This document shows positions 1 through 9,275 of a stretch of DNA of 35,319 nucleotides, in pieces. Under the pieces are notes generated by a model. It was not told the DNA's origin. It worked only from the letters and a program-made list of their open reading frames with translations, and did not search any database. Origin of the DNA: a virus (taxonomy: Duplodnaviria; Caudoviricetes); the IMG/VR virus record IMGVR_UViG_3300027808_000081, positions 1 through 35,319 of that record; one strand, 5' to 3'. A program made the position numbers and the translations under genes. Each line of letters begins with the position of its first letter. Positions within the stretch are counted from its first letter, which is position 1.

Positions 1-2
1 TG

Positions 3-80
3 CTGATGACCAGCTATTAAACTGCCGCCTGCCGCTATTGCCATTGCTCCACCGGCAACACATGCTGTTATTACTGCCAT
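3..80 (-). CDS. N-terminus (partial, runs off window) of putative internal virion/ejection protein
   Basis: Manual translation from ATG at 80: MAVITACVAGGAMAIAAGGSLIAGHQ... This Gly/Ala-rich hydrophobic start, directly after a GNAT and the tail muzzle, fits the podovirus order (T7 gp13-gp14, P22 gp14-gp7). Confidence 0.6.
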   Translation of the reverse strand, partial: MAVITACVAGGAMAIAAGGSLIAGHQ

Positions 81-81
81 A

Positions 82-489
82 TTACATTAATTTTTTAGAT
101 ATTTCATACGATGGATTTTTATCAACCGTATAACCTAACTGTTCGTGAATATTTATTAAACTTTTATTTCTTGCTATACTTATTATTACCGTATACCCTT
201 GTGCTTTAGCAATGTCCTCTAGGCCATTTACAAGCATTCCTATGGCATCTTTCCTGTCCTTATCCCTATACTCAGGGTTAGACACAATCCAATCCATCCA
301 GCACACCCTAGAGTTTGACATGTATAAAAAACCTGCTGCAATTGGTGTATCTCCTTTACATACCATAAGTCCACCAGTACCATTCATTGGTAATACATCT
401 TTACATACTTCTGGCCATCTCCACCATCTCCACCAAGAACACATGTTTTCGTAGTCTGATTCCTCTAATATTCTTAAATTTAATTCCAT
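82..489 (-). CDS. GNAT-fold acetyltransferase-like virion assembly protein
   Basis: 135 aa with GNAT-like pattern (WIVSNPEYR...AKAQGY...LINIHEQLGY), located between the tail muzzle and the internal virion protein. Confidence 0.7.
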   Translation of the reverse strand: MELNLRILEESDYENMCSWWRWWRWPEVCKDVLPMNGTGGLMVCKGDTPIAAGFLYMSNSRVCWMDWIVSNPEYRDKDRKDAIGMLVNGLEDIAKAQGYTVIISIARNKSLINIHEQLGYTVDKNPSYEISKKLM

Positions 490-504
490 TTGATTTGATT
501 GTAT

Positions 505-552
505 TGTGACATTAGCCCCTTACTGTTAATATATATACCCTATTGTCATAGT
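505..552. repeat. Imperfect inverted-repeat element, copy 1 (second copy at 34138-34186)
   Basis: TGTGACATTAGCCCCTTACTGTTAATATATATACCCTATTGTCATAGT; arms TGACATTAG / CTATTGTCA. Confidence 0.75.
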
Positions 553-560
553 TTATAAAT

Positions 561-573
561 TAATAATTACATA
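561..573 (-). promoter_or_regulatory. Putative late promoter motif (TATGTAATTATTA)
   Basis: Matches the YRKGTRATW motif found in five intergenic gaps upstream of minus-strand genes. Confidence 0.4.
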
Positions 574-586
574 TTTTCTTTTATTT

Positions 587-1996
587 TTAATATGAAGACT
601 CTACGTATTCAGATGAAACTGAATATAATTCTTTAAATTTACCAAGTTGAGTAGTACCATCAGTTTTTATAGTAACAGTACTCCAGAATCCTTTTATTCC
701 AGACATAGACCTTCCAAATACTATTTCTCCAGATTTACCTAAACTATTGTTTACTATGTTTGCAAAGAATTTGTTTTCTTTTCTAACAAAACCAGTGTAA
801 TACAATGGTGTTACTACAGGATTTACTAATGCAGCGGCACCTGTTTTTCTAGGAGTACTAGAATCATAGGTACCTTCTAAATAACTTTTTATATTAAATC
901 CCGTGTCTATAGATGTTGTAATAGCTGGTTCTGTTATATTTGTATTCGCAATTTCCCAACCATCACTTCCTTCATAATTAATAGTTTGAAAAACTTTAGA
1001 AGCAGATGGATTAGGATTCAACACTAGTGTAACACTTGACGGATAATACACGTTATAAAAATATCCTCTATTATCTAAGTTTGTTCCTTCAAAATGATGT
1101 TGCCATACAACTGGTCCAAATGTAGTATACATAGTTGAATCAACACTAAATATACTAGACGGTTTGTAATTATAAAAACTAGTCCACCCATTAACGGTTT
1201 CATCAAATGAAACTGTATTGTAAACTCCAGATGTCTGTTGTGTTGATAATATATAACTTTTAGAAACAATATCATATCCACCAACTATTTTACCATTTCC
1301 TAATATTGATAATTCTCTAGCAAAATAACTTTTCATTCCATAGTTTGATATTTCTGTAATACCGTCATTTGATAATCTCAAAACAGCATTCTTACTTCTA
1401 TCTGTAAAGTATTTTTGAAAACCATAAACAGCAAAGCTTCCTGGATCTTTAGCTATACCAAATTCTCCAGTATATGCTTGTATTTGTCCTATAATTTCAG
1501 TACCTGAAGTAGTCATAGGATTTCCTTCTGCTGAATAAATAGCGTCTTTATCTATTAAAGCTCTACTTACTTTTAATTCTTGAAATATTGTTAAGTTAGT
1601 TTCTTCAGCATACAATTTTTGTATAGAACCATTTCTAGGATCAGCAGATCTTGTTATGTCTTGAGCTACTGAAAACTGATTAGTATTGTTTATACCAGTT
1701 CTAGAATTGTATATTCCAGAATATATTAATCCACTAGCCTTATTAGCAGCTCTAGTTTGATCACTTACTATATAAGCTTTTGCTCCAAAATCTACAGTTG
1801 TATTATTATAACCACCTGTTATTCTAGTTTCCTCTATATACCAGTTTCTAGCATCTAAAGTTGCTCTAGGAGTAGTAGCAGGTTTTAAATTGACATTTGT
1901 GCTAACTGAATTTCTCCAAACTGGATTATTAGATGTATTAACTGTTTTAGCTAATACAAAAGAGTTAAAATACTTTACTTCTAAACTATAAGCCAT
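587..1996 (-). CDS. Tail muzzle/stabilization protein, C-terminal part (P22 gp10-like beta-propeller)
   Basis: 469 aa; beta-propeller-like segments (YFTDRSKNAVLRLSNDGITEIS, TVSFDETVNGWTSFYNY) typical of podovirus nozzle C-termini; position upstream of the GNAT. Confidence 0.65.
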   Translation of the reverse strand: MAYSLEVKYFNSFVLAKTVNTSNNPVWRNSVSTNVNLKPATTPRATLDARNWYIEETRITGGYNNTTVDFGAKAYIVSDQTRAANKASGLIYSGIYNSRTGINNTNQFSVAQDITRSADPRNGSIQKLYAEETNLTIFQELKVSRALIDKDAIYSAEGNPMTTSGTEIIGQIQAYTGEFGIAKDPGSFAVYGFQKYFTDRSKNAVLRLSNDGITEISNYGMKSYFARELSILGNGKIVGGYDIVSKSYILSTQQTSGVYNTVSFDETVNGWTSFYNYKPSSIFSVDSTMYTTFGPVVWQHHFEGTNLDNRGYFYNVYYPSSVTLVLNPNPSASKVFQTINYEGSDGWEIANTNITEPAITTSIDTGFNIKSYLEGTYDSSTPRKTGAAALVNPVVTPLYYTGFVRKENKFFANIVNNSLGKSGEIVFGRSMSGIKGFWSTVTIKTDGTTQLGKFKELYSVSSEYVESSY

Positions 1997-2015
1997 CTAT
2001 ATTGTTTTGTATTTA

Positions 2016-3038
2016 TTATTGTTTTATTACAGGTACTTTTATCTCTAAATAACCATTTTGTGTTTTTATATTTCCAACTCCAGTACTTTTTTCTGAGTAA
2101 ACATCAAAATTAAAACCTGGTAAGTCAGTTGCTCTAGTTGGAGCAACACCAGAATTAGAAACACCGCCAACTCTATAAGTTAAAGTATTACTGTTAGGTG
2201 CATTAACCCAACATGCCGAAGCTCTATCCATGTTATTAGCGCTATCACTTCTATTATGAAGAGGAGTATACATTGCTGTTTGAAAATTAACAATATTATT
2301 AACAGTTGGAGTAACTGTTCTCTGTGCACTAATTACATTGTTAATTTCTGGTATAAACGCGCTCCATGTATTTCTATAGAAATTTGTTTCTTGTATAATA
2401 TTAATATAAGTAGGCCAAACAGTGTTTGTCATATTAAAAATAATTTTTACAGAATTTGGTCCAGTACCTGATGGAAGATTTAGTGAAAGAATTGTATCAA
2501 AGAAACCTAAACCTCCAGCTGGAATTAAAGTACCATAACCAGAGGCATAACCAGTACCTGGATTATTAACAACCAAACTAGATACAACTAAACTACCATT
2601 CAATATACTTCCATCGAATGTTAATCCAGTTCCACTAACATTAAGTATATTAGTTGAATCGTTTGTAACTCCTATATTAGTGAAACTACCAGTATTAACA
2701 TTACTTCCATTTACATTAACTAATAGACCAGTACCAGCGGAACTTACCATATATTTATTAGCTGGATTTAAAAGAGCGCTAGTAATTGATTGTGTTGGTG
2801 GAAAATAGAAAGGATCATAGTAGTTTTCAAAAATTGAAAAGTCTTTCCTTCCAGTAGTATCAGATGTAGTATTAATAATACCAGACCATATTGTCTTAGT
2901 AGTAAAAGTACTATCAATTATCGGCGTTAAAGAATCTCTTAACTTTGCCGCTGTTATTAATTGTTGTCCAGGTGATTGAGTTGGTAGATTTGTAGCTACT
3001 GTTGTTTCTAAACCTTTTTTATTTAATGGTGCTGCCAT
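2016..3038 (-). CDS. Putative tail-associated structural protein (beta-rich)
   Basis: 340 aa, rich in T/N/G/S, with a VVNNPGTGY motif common in virion beta-proteins; lies between the two muzzle halves. Confidence 0.45.
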   Translation of the reverse strand: MAAPLNKKGLETTVATNLPTQSPGQQLITAAKLRDSLTPIIDSTFTTKTIWSGIINTTSDTTGRKDFSIFENYYDPFYFPPTQSITSALLNPANKYMVSSAGTGLLVNVNGSNVNTGSFTNIGVTNDSTNILNVSGTGLTFDGSILNGSLVVSSLVVNNPGTGYASGYGTLIPAGGLGFFDTILSLNLPSGTGPNSVKIIFNMTNTVWPTYINIIQETNFYRNTWSAFIPEINNVISAQRTVTPTVNNIVNFQTAMYTPLHNRSDSANNMDRASACWVNAPNSNTLTYRVGGVSNSGVAPTRATDLPGFNFDVYSEKSTGVGNIKTQNGYLEIKVPVIKQ

Positions 3039-3051
3039 ATTTTTATTTTTT

Positions 3052-6000
3052 TTAAATGTTATATTCTGGTGTAAATTCTCCTTGATTAAATTCTCCTAAA
3101 GTAAAGTCTAGATCAACTGTTAACAATGCAAAAGCTCCACCAGAGTCTGTTAGTTGTATGACTGGTTGAACTTTTATTCCAGGATTACCGCCAGCTACTT
3201 TTAAAAATCCATTTGTAGATATATTTAATGATACAGCCGTAGTTCCAGTTCCTTCGTTAAAAACCTGCGTTCCATCTTGAAAAGACCATTTCAAACCTAC
3301 TTGTTTAATATAACTAGAATTAGATTCTAAATAACTAGAACCGTTTTCTCCTCTAAATTGATATATATCAGTGATACCTCTATATGCAGTTATAGGTGGC
3401 ATTACTATTGGTATATTACCATGTGCTCCTTGAAACGTTTGACCTGGAATATATATAATAGGATTATTATTAATCAATCCACCATTTATATCTATATATC
3501 TATTAATAGTAACACCATTGATTAAAACAGAAGTATATAAAGATAAAACAAATTGATTTTTTAATACATTACTATAAAAAGTCTGGGAGTTGGAATTAGT
3601 TACTTTTATTCTATATCTATTAAGTGATGGATCTTTATACAATTCAAAAATGTATTTACGAAGACTTCCTGTTAAATCAGATATGTTACTAGAACTATTT
3701 AAAGTAACTACAGCATCAGTAAGTATTTTACTGTTAGAATCTAATGGATAGAACCAATCAGTAATCCATGTAGTAAATTTACTACCAGTTGCGTCATTTA
3801 AACCACTGGTTCCAAGACTACATTGAGATTCTTGATTATTCCAACCAACATCTCCAAAAGAAATTACTCCAGGATTGTTACTTTCTGATATACTTGCATT
3901 TAGATCAGAAATTAAACCAGCAGTAGAAGTTTCCCAATATATATCTAAACTAGATAAAACAGGATTTGTTTCTAATATACATAGTTTAGGTCTTAAATTA
4001 ACATGTGTTGCTCCAAACTTAACATTATTATTATCTGTTCTAGCTATAATAGCGCCATTTTGCAATTGATAATAATAACTTGGATTATTTATATAACTAA
4101 CATCTAATATGTTTTGTATATTTGGCACACTAAAACCATTTATACTAGGATAAAATTGTTGATTATAAGTATTGTCAATATCTAAATTTTGCACTCTACC
4201 AAATAATTGTACTGTACTTCTAAATTGTTTCTGTTCTGGTCCAACTAATGACAAGTCTCTTGGAATTTTATTTATATTGTCAGAAAACAAAATTAAATTA
4301 GATGTCTTACTTTCTTCTCCAGTTGGATAAGTTGGGGCTGTTGTTCCTGTTACAGTTGGATAACCAGCTAATGCTCCAGCAGCATATACATTATAGTACT
4401 CTTGTTGTTGTTGTTTTACTACTATTTTATAAGAATACCAACCATTAGGATTTGGAATTGTAACAGATGTAACTCTAACATCTACTTTGTTATTATTTGG
4501 ATTTGTTATAGTTGGATTTATAATAAAATAATCAAAAGAATCTACATAAACAGTACGATAAGATTTTGTTACTATCATCGAACCTATAGTGTATTCTCCT
4601 GGAGAAGGAATTAACATAGTAGCTATAACTTCAAACGCAATTACTGGAGTTTCCCCAAAACCAACACGATCATAAACAATAAAATTTCTTTGCATGGATC
4701 CAGGACCAAAATTCGCGTCGTCATCGTCACATCTAGCAGTAATAGCAAAAGAAGGTGGAGAATATAAACCAGGGATTCCAGTAGAATTTCTATCTATACT
4801 AGATATAGGATTTCTAGTATCTTGCGTTGACTGTAATAATAACGTGTCAAATACAATTGAAATGCAGTTTCCAAAAAACCGCAAAACACCACCAGTTAAT
4901 TCATTAGAATCCAAAGTTGGATTATACCAAGGAACATAAAAACTAGAAGCAGATCCACCTCCTCCTAATACATCAGTAGCATTAGTAGGAGAGAGTATTA
5001 CATCAGACTGTCTACCATATCTATCAGATAGTACTATACCAACTTGATAATTTCTATTTGATTTAACGTTATGAAGAGGTAGTTCTTTTGTGAGTGTACT
5101 ACTTTTCTTATTAATATTTATTCTATAATCAATTGTTAATGGCGCGGTATTTTTATCTATATAATTAGCATATATAATCCTACCTCCAGCAGTTTCTTGT
5201 GTTAGTGCTCTAACAGGTACTTTATCATATACTCTAACTAATTGGTCTTCTGGTAAAACTCCTTTTGGTTTTCTAGATTCGTATGTATATGCATATCTAT
5301 AAATACTGTTAATATCATAAGTAATATTTGAAGTTTTAATAGTATCTAATATATAACAAGTCGTAGAATTTGATTCTTTATATATTATTTCTATTTCTTT
5401 TATTTTAAAATCAATAAATAAGTCTGTTCTAAGTGTATCAAAAGTTAAAATTAAACCAACTTGATTTATCTTATTTTTCATAAACTCAACAACACTACTT
5501 CTAAACGCTGTATTTTCATCATTTTCAACGTCAGTAGATGTTCCCATAAAAGAACCGTCCTGCTGTGGTACAAATGCTATTTGAGAAAAAGGAGCTAATA
5601 TAGAGTATTCATTATCATCATATTTATATCTGTAACTGAATCTAACAAACTTATCTTGAAGAAATGTTTTGTCTCCAATAAAATTAGCATTGTAATTTGG
5701 ATTTGTAGTTCCATCTGGATCAAATTGACTAACAACATCTTTCATTGTTGATAAGTTTGAATTAATGAATCCAATTGAATTAACAGGTGCATATTTAGCT
5801 ACGGATATATGATCTTCTTTCGTATAATACGTAATTCCTTTTTCAAATGCAGTATTAACGTTTATTTTTCTAGGTTGATTTCTATTGTCTGTCCAGAATA
5901 AAAGATCTTCAAGTAAATTAATATTTAATATAGGACTTGTTTTTGAAAAATTTAAAAAACTTCCTTCAACTAATACTTTACCAGATGAAGAATCCAAATC

Positions 6001-6345
6001 CACCCTAATTATAACACAATAATAAATTTGTTCTTCATCCTGACTCTGTATTGGTAATTGATTATTTAATCCATTAAAAGAAGTATCAGTATAACTAGTT
6101 GCAAATAAGTATAAAATATTATTTACTTCATCAGCTATTTGTCCTATAATTTCTAAACCTTCGTAATAACCAAAATCAATTATACTTTTGTTTCCTGTTA
6201 TATTTTGTATAACGCCATTATTACTATTATTTGAGCTAACTATAGATATATTCTTAGCATGTCTATATTCATTCTGTGGTACTAATCTATCGTCTAAATC
6301 TTGATTCATTTTAGCCGATAGAAAACTATTCTTTACTTCTGCCAT
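3052..6345 (-). CDS. Tail muzzle/stabilization protein, N-terminal part
   Basis: 1097 aa; start KMNQDLDDRLVP..EYRHAKNI, plus LLFWTDNRNQPRKIN, FSYRYKYDDNEYS and YQVGIVLSDRYGRQSDV motifs recognised from crAss-like/Flavobacterium phage stabilization proteins. Confidence 0.7.
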   Translation of the reverse strand: MAEVKNSFLSAKMNQDLDDRLVPQNEYRHAKNISIVSSNNSNNGVIQNITGNKSIIDFGYYEGLEIIGQIADEVNNILYLFATSYTDTSFNGLNNQLPIQSQDEEQIYYCVIIRVDLDSSSGKVLVEGSFLNFSKTSPILNINLLEDLLFWTDNRNQPRKINVNTAFEKGITYYTKEDHISVAKYAPVNSIGFINSNLSTMKDVVSQFDPDGTTNPNYNANFIGDKTFLQDKFVRFSYRYKYDDNEYSILAPFSQIAFVPQQDGSFMGTSTDVENDENTAFRSSVVEFMKNKINQVGLILTFDTLRTDLFIDFKIKEIEIIYKESNSTTCYILDTIKTSNITYDINSIYRYAYTYESRKPKGVLPEDQLVRVYDKVPVRALTQETAGGRIIYANYIDKNTAPLTIDYRININKKSSTLTKELPLHNVKSNRNYQVGIVLSDRYGRQSDVILSPTNATDVLGGGGSASSFYVPWYNPTLDSNELTGGVLRFFGNCISIVFDTLLLQSTQDTRNPISSIDRNSTGIPGLYSPPSFAITARCDDDDANFGPGSMQRNFIVYDRVGFGETPVIAFEVIATMLIPSPGEYTIGSMIVTKSYRTVYVDSFDYFIINPTITNPNNNKVDVRVTSVTIPNPNGWYSYKIVVKQQQQEYYNVYAAGALAGYPTVTGTTAPTYPTGEESKTSNLILFSDNINKIPRDLSLVGPEQKQFRSTVQLFGRVQNLDIDNTYNQQFYPSINGFSVPNIQNILDVSYINNPSYYYQLQNGAIIARTDNNNVKFGATHVNLRPKLCILETNPVLSSLDIYWETSTAGLISDLNASISESNNPGVISFGDVGWNNQESQCSLGTSGLNDATGSKFTTWITDWFYPLDSNSKILTDAVVTLNSSSNISDLTGSLRKYIFELYKDPSLNRYRIKVTNSNSQTFYSNVLKNQFVLSLYTSVLINGVTINRYIDINGGLINNNPIIYIPGQTFQGAHGNIPIVMPPITAYRGITDIYQFRGENGSSYLESNSSYIKQVGLKWSFQDGTQVFNEGTGTTAVSLNISTNGFLKVAGGNPGIKVQPVIQLTDSGGAFALLTVDLDFTLGEFNQGEFTPEYNI

Positions 6346-6349
6346 TTAA

Positions 6350-7579
6350 TTAGTGTTTAATCCATTTGTATTGACCACGTAGTACCTTTGTAAACTCTTC
6401 TATTTTTATATTAGAAAGTCTTATTTTAGTATTTCTTATTTTTGCAAACTTTTCTTGTTTTAATCTCTGTACAACATGTTCCGGTTGATTAGATCTAGTT
6501 GATAATATTGCATAGAGTATAGATGAATATATTGCTTCTTCAGCCATTTTTGGTACTCTAGTATCTAAATCATAAGCCAATCCGTCAGATATGTATTCTA
6601 ATAATATAACACAATCAACTAGATCACTACTAAAAGATATTTTACCTTCTCTTTCGTTTATCATAAATACGCCATTAATATTAGCTAGTGATGTATTCAT
6701 ACCATACCTTTGACCTAAGTTTCTAGATATATTACTATCGTTAACAGAATCTAGATCTAGTGATATTCTTCCAGAGGAATCTTTTGCACTGCTAGTTTTA
6801 AATCTTTCTTCAATTATAGAAGTTCCAGTTATATTATAATCAAATGTATCTTGAATTGGTATTCCTTCAGTATCTTGAATTGGCATCGTATACGGAGTTC
6901 CAGATGACATGGCTGGATATATAATATGTTTTACACCATTTGCATCAATACGTGAGATCTTAACGTAGTTAACGTAATCTTGTGGTATAACAATGTTTAA
7001 ACTTGGAGGTATTGTTAATTCCTGTGATTTTATACTTTTTAAAATATCATAACTAAATTCCTGCATAGAACGTTTAGCATGAAATATAACATCAGTTCTT
7101 TTTATACTACCTATTAATTTATCTGTTCCAACGTAAGCTATTAGAAAGTTATTTATAATATCATCTAACGTAATGTAAGAGTAACTACCATAATTCTCTT
7201 CAACTACTGTTCCAAAAGCATTATTATCACCATACTTACCACCTTCTAGTCTTTTTAGTTGTACTAGATATATATCACCAACTGTAGCCGCGCTATTTAA
7301 TGTAATAATTCCATTATCAACAGTACTTATATACGAAGAAATTGGAGTTGTATAATATACTACTTCTTCAAAACTAATTCCATTATTAGTACTTATATAG
7401 AATTTGAAATTATTTAATTCATAATTTTCATTATCTGCATTAGAAGTTTTCCAAATAAGATCAGTATCAAAATCACTAAAATCAAATATAGTTTGATTTG
7501 TTTTGGCTACAATACTTTTAGCCCCTTCGTAATATTGTCTATTTGTTTCAGTAATTAAACCATTATTTAAAAGTGCCAT
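6350..7579 (-). CDS. Tail ring/adaptor structural protein
   Basis: 409 aa; IPQDYVNYVKISRID and ILLEYISDG motifs of ring/tail-tubular-type proteins; position between capsid and muzzle. Confidence 0.55.
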   Translation of the reverse strand: MALLNNGLITETNRQYYEGAKSIVAKTNQTIFDFSDFDTDLIWKTSNADNENYELNNFKFYISTNNGISFEEVVYYTTPISSYISTVDNGIITLNSAATVGDIYLVQLKRLEGGKYGDNNAFGTVVEENYGSYSYITLDDIINNFLIAYVGTDKLIGSIKRTDVIFHAKRSMQEFSYDILKSIKSQELTIPPSLNIVIPQDYVNYVKISRIDANGVKHIIYPAMSSGTPYTMPIQDTEGIPIQDTFDYNITGTSIIEERFKTSSAKDSSGRISLDLDSVNDSNISRNLGQRYGMNTSLANINGVFMINEREGKISFSSDLVDCVILLEYISDGLAYDLDTRVPKMAEEAIYSSILYAILSTRSNQPEHVVQRLKQEKFAKIRNTKIRLSNIKIEEFTKVLRGQYKWIKH

Positions 7580-7585
7580 ATCTTA

Positions 7586-8278
7586 TTATTGTTTTTCATT
7601 CATATTATCCTGTTGTACTTTTATAGCTGCTGCCTGTGCAATGTTAGGATCTTTAATAGATATTCCAGCGTAAGCCAATATACGAACTATTATTTCTGTT
7701 TGTTCTGATTGATGTAATTCAAAATTTATCGAAGTATCGGAATTTACAATGTAATTACCTAGAACTGGATCAACGGTAAAAGTCCAAAGCGGATCAACTG
7801 GAAATCTTAAATAGTTTACATTTATTGTACTTATAGTTTGTGGATACATTTTTATAAAACCTTCTTCATATAAATATATTGGATATGAGTTTGATGGCTT
7901 CGTTAATTTAGATTTATTTAAGTTATAGAATTCATTTCTTGAAATTCTTTGAGATTCTATGTCATTAAATATAACAGTGCCTAATTGTCTTAAGTCTACT
8001 GGTAAAGTAAATGAATTGCTTAAATTATTTATGTTTAATGCTGATGATTTTTTAAATAAAGACATTTTTTCATCTAAAAGACTAACACGATCAGAATAAT
8101 CTAAATCTGTTTGTGGAACTCTAATTAATTGATTTAAGTCTTCAAAGTATTTTAAGTATATTTCAAGTTGTACTTGTGTAGCTATTTTATTAAACTCATC
8201 TGGAGTCAAATAACCTCTTTGTTCTTTGTTTATTACTAATAAAACTGTCTTGTAAACTATATCTATACTTACTGCCAT
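7586..8278 (-). CDS. Tail tubular/ring protein (head-tail adaptor)
   Basis: 230 aa; NKEQRGYLTPDEFN, FTLPVDL and NYLRFPVDP motifs; position. Confidence 0.6.
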   Translation of the reverse strand: MAVSIDIVYKTVLLVINKEQRGYLTPDEFNKIATQVQLEIYLKYFEDLNQLIRVPQTDLDYSDRVSLLDEKMSLFKKSSALNINNLSNSFTLPVDLRQLGTVIFNDIESQRISRNEFYNLNKSKLTKPSNSYPIYLYEEGFIKMYPQTISTINVNYLRFPVDPLWTFTVDPVLGNYIVNSDTSINFELHQSEQTEIIVRILAYAGISIKDPNIAQAAAIKVQQDNMNEKQ

Positions 8279-8300
8279 TTGTTATATTTATTATAATAAA

Positions 8301-8338
8301 TAAGCGGATATTGCAGTTTTATATACAGTACCCGCCTA
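8301..8338 (-). terminator. RNA hairpin, probable intrinsic terminator/attenuator
   Basis: Minus strand UAGGCGGGUA-CUGUA...UGCAA-UAUCCGCUUA pairs using G-U wobble only on the minus strand; followed by a U/A-rich run. Confidence 0.6.
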
Positions 8339-8342
8339 AATA

Positions 8343-8355
8343 TTAGTATTACATG
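8343..8355 (-). promoter_or_regulatory. Putative late promoter motif (CATGTAATACTAA)
   Basis: Shared intergenic motif. It sits just upstream of the hairpin, which weakens a simple promoter reading. Confidence 0.35.
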
Positions 8356-9195
8356 TTATTTTAATTTTTTCTCTATTGATTTAAAGATTGCAATACCTTC
8401 ATCTGTCTTGAAAAAAGCAGCCATAGCTGAATAAGGATTTTCATCAAATGGAACAGTCATTAGTTTTCTATCATTTTCTCCCCAATGGAAAGTTCTTTGA
8501 TCTTGTGATAGTCTTATAATTCCAACTTCTGAAGCTCTAATAGCTACATTCCTTAATTGAACATTATCATCATTAGCTAGTTCTATAAACAATTGTGGAT
8601 TACTTCTAGCTAACATTAATAAATCTCTTCTTATTTCCTTAGAACTCATCTTATTCACTCTAGAACCAACTTCCACACGAACTATAGCTTCTGCCACGTC
8701 TATATCCATTTCAAAAGCAATATTCATAGCGTCTACTTCTAATTCTAAATAATCTAAATCGTCCGCTGCATCAACAACAGCATCAAATTCTGTGTACTTT
8801 ATATTTAGAGATGGATGATATATTGAAAGTAATTTTTGCAAACTTTGTTTTTCTTTTGGAACAATCAGTATTCCGTCTGTAAACATTATATGTCCAAGTG
8901 TTGATTGACCTTTTTGATCTCTTACTAGTGCAGATTGTTGATTAGTGGCATATCTTATTTCTTCTTGATTTCCAGTCTCTTTGTCAAACCATAATAAAGG
9001 ATACCTTGACGAGTGTCTACTCGGTAGTGTAAACGTTAATGGACTATCTGACTCTGTTAGTATATACGTTCTGTCTTTCATTTCCCACTTAGGAACATTT
9101 ATTTCTTTTTTATTAGTTACTTTTTCAGTAGGTTCAACTGTTAATGTTTCTTCTACAATATCTAATTCATTGTTTTTGTTTTGCTTTGTTGCCAT
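8356..9195 (-). CDS. Conserved hypothetical protein of the head module
   Basis: 279 aa, acidic and helical, immediately downstream of the major capsid gene; no catalytic motif seen. Confidence 0.5.
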   Translation of the reverse strand: MATKQNKNNELDIVEETLTVEPTEKVTNKKEINVPKWEMKDRTYILTESDSPLTFTLPSRHSSRYPLLWFDKETGNQEEIRYATNQQSALVRDQKGQSTLGHIMFTDGILIVPKEKQSLQKLLSIYHPSLNIKYTEFDAVVDAADDLDYLELEVDAMNIAFEMDIDVAEAIVRVEVGSRVNKMSSKEIRRDLLMLARSNPQLFIELANDDNVQLRNVAIRASEVGIIRLSQDQRTFHWGENDRKLMTVPFDENPYSAMAAFFKTDEGIAIFKSIEKKLK

Positions 9196-9223
9196 AATAT
9201 AATATAATTTAATAGTTTATTTT

Positions 9224-9269
9224 AAAAGGTAATAATTACCCCTACCACTTTGATAGGGGTAACACTACC
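9224..9269 (-). terminator. Intrinsic terminator after the major capsid gene
   Basis: Minus strand GGUAGUG-UUACCCCUAUCA-AAG-UGGUAGGGGUAA-U-UAUUACC followed by UUUU; begins 6 nt after the MCP stop. Confidence 0.8.
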
Positions 9270-9275
9270 AGGTTT

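Noticed and set aside
515-549. 11-codon minus-strand uORF (MTIGYILTVRG) inside the repeated element
   Set aside because: The second copy has a 1-nt longer spacer that shifts the frame, so conservation is not at the peptide level.
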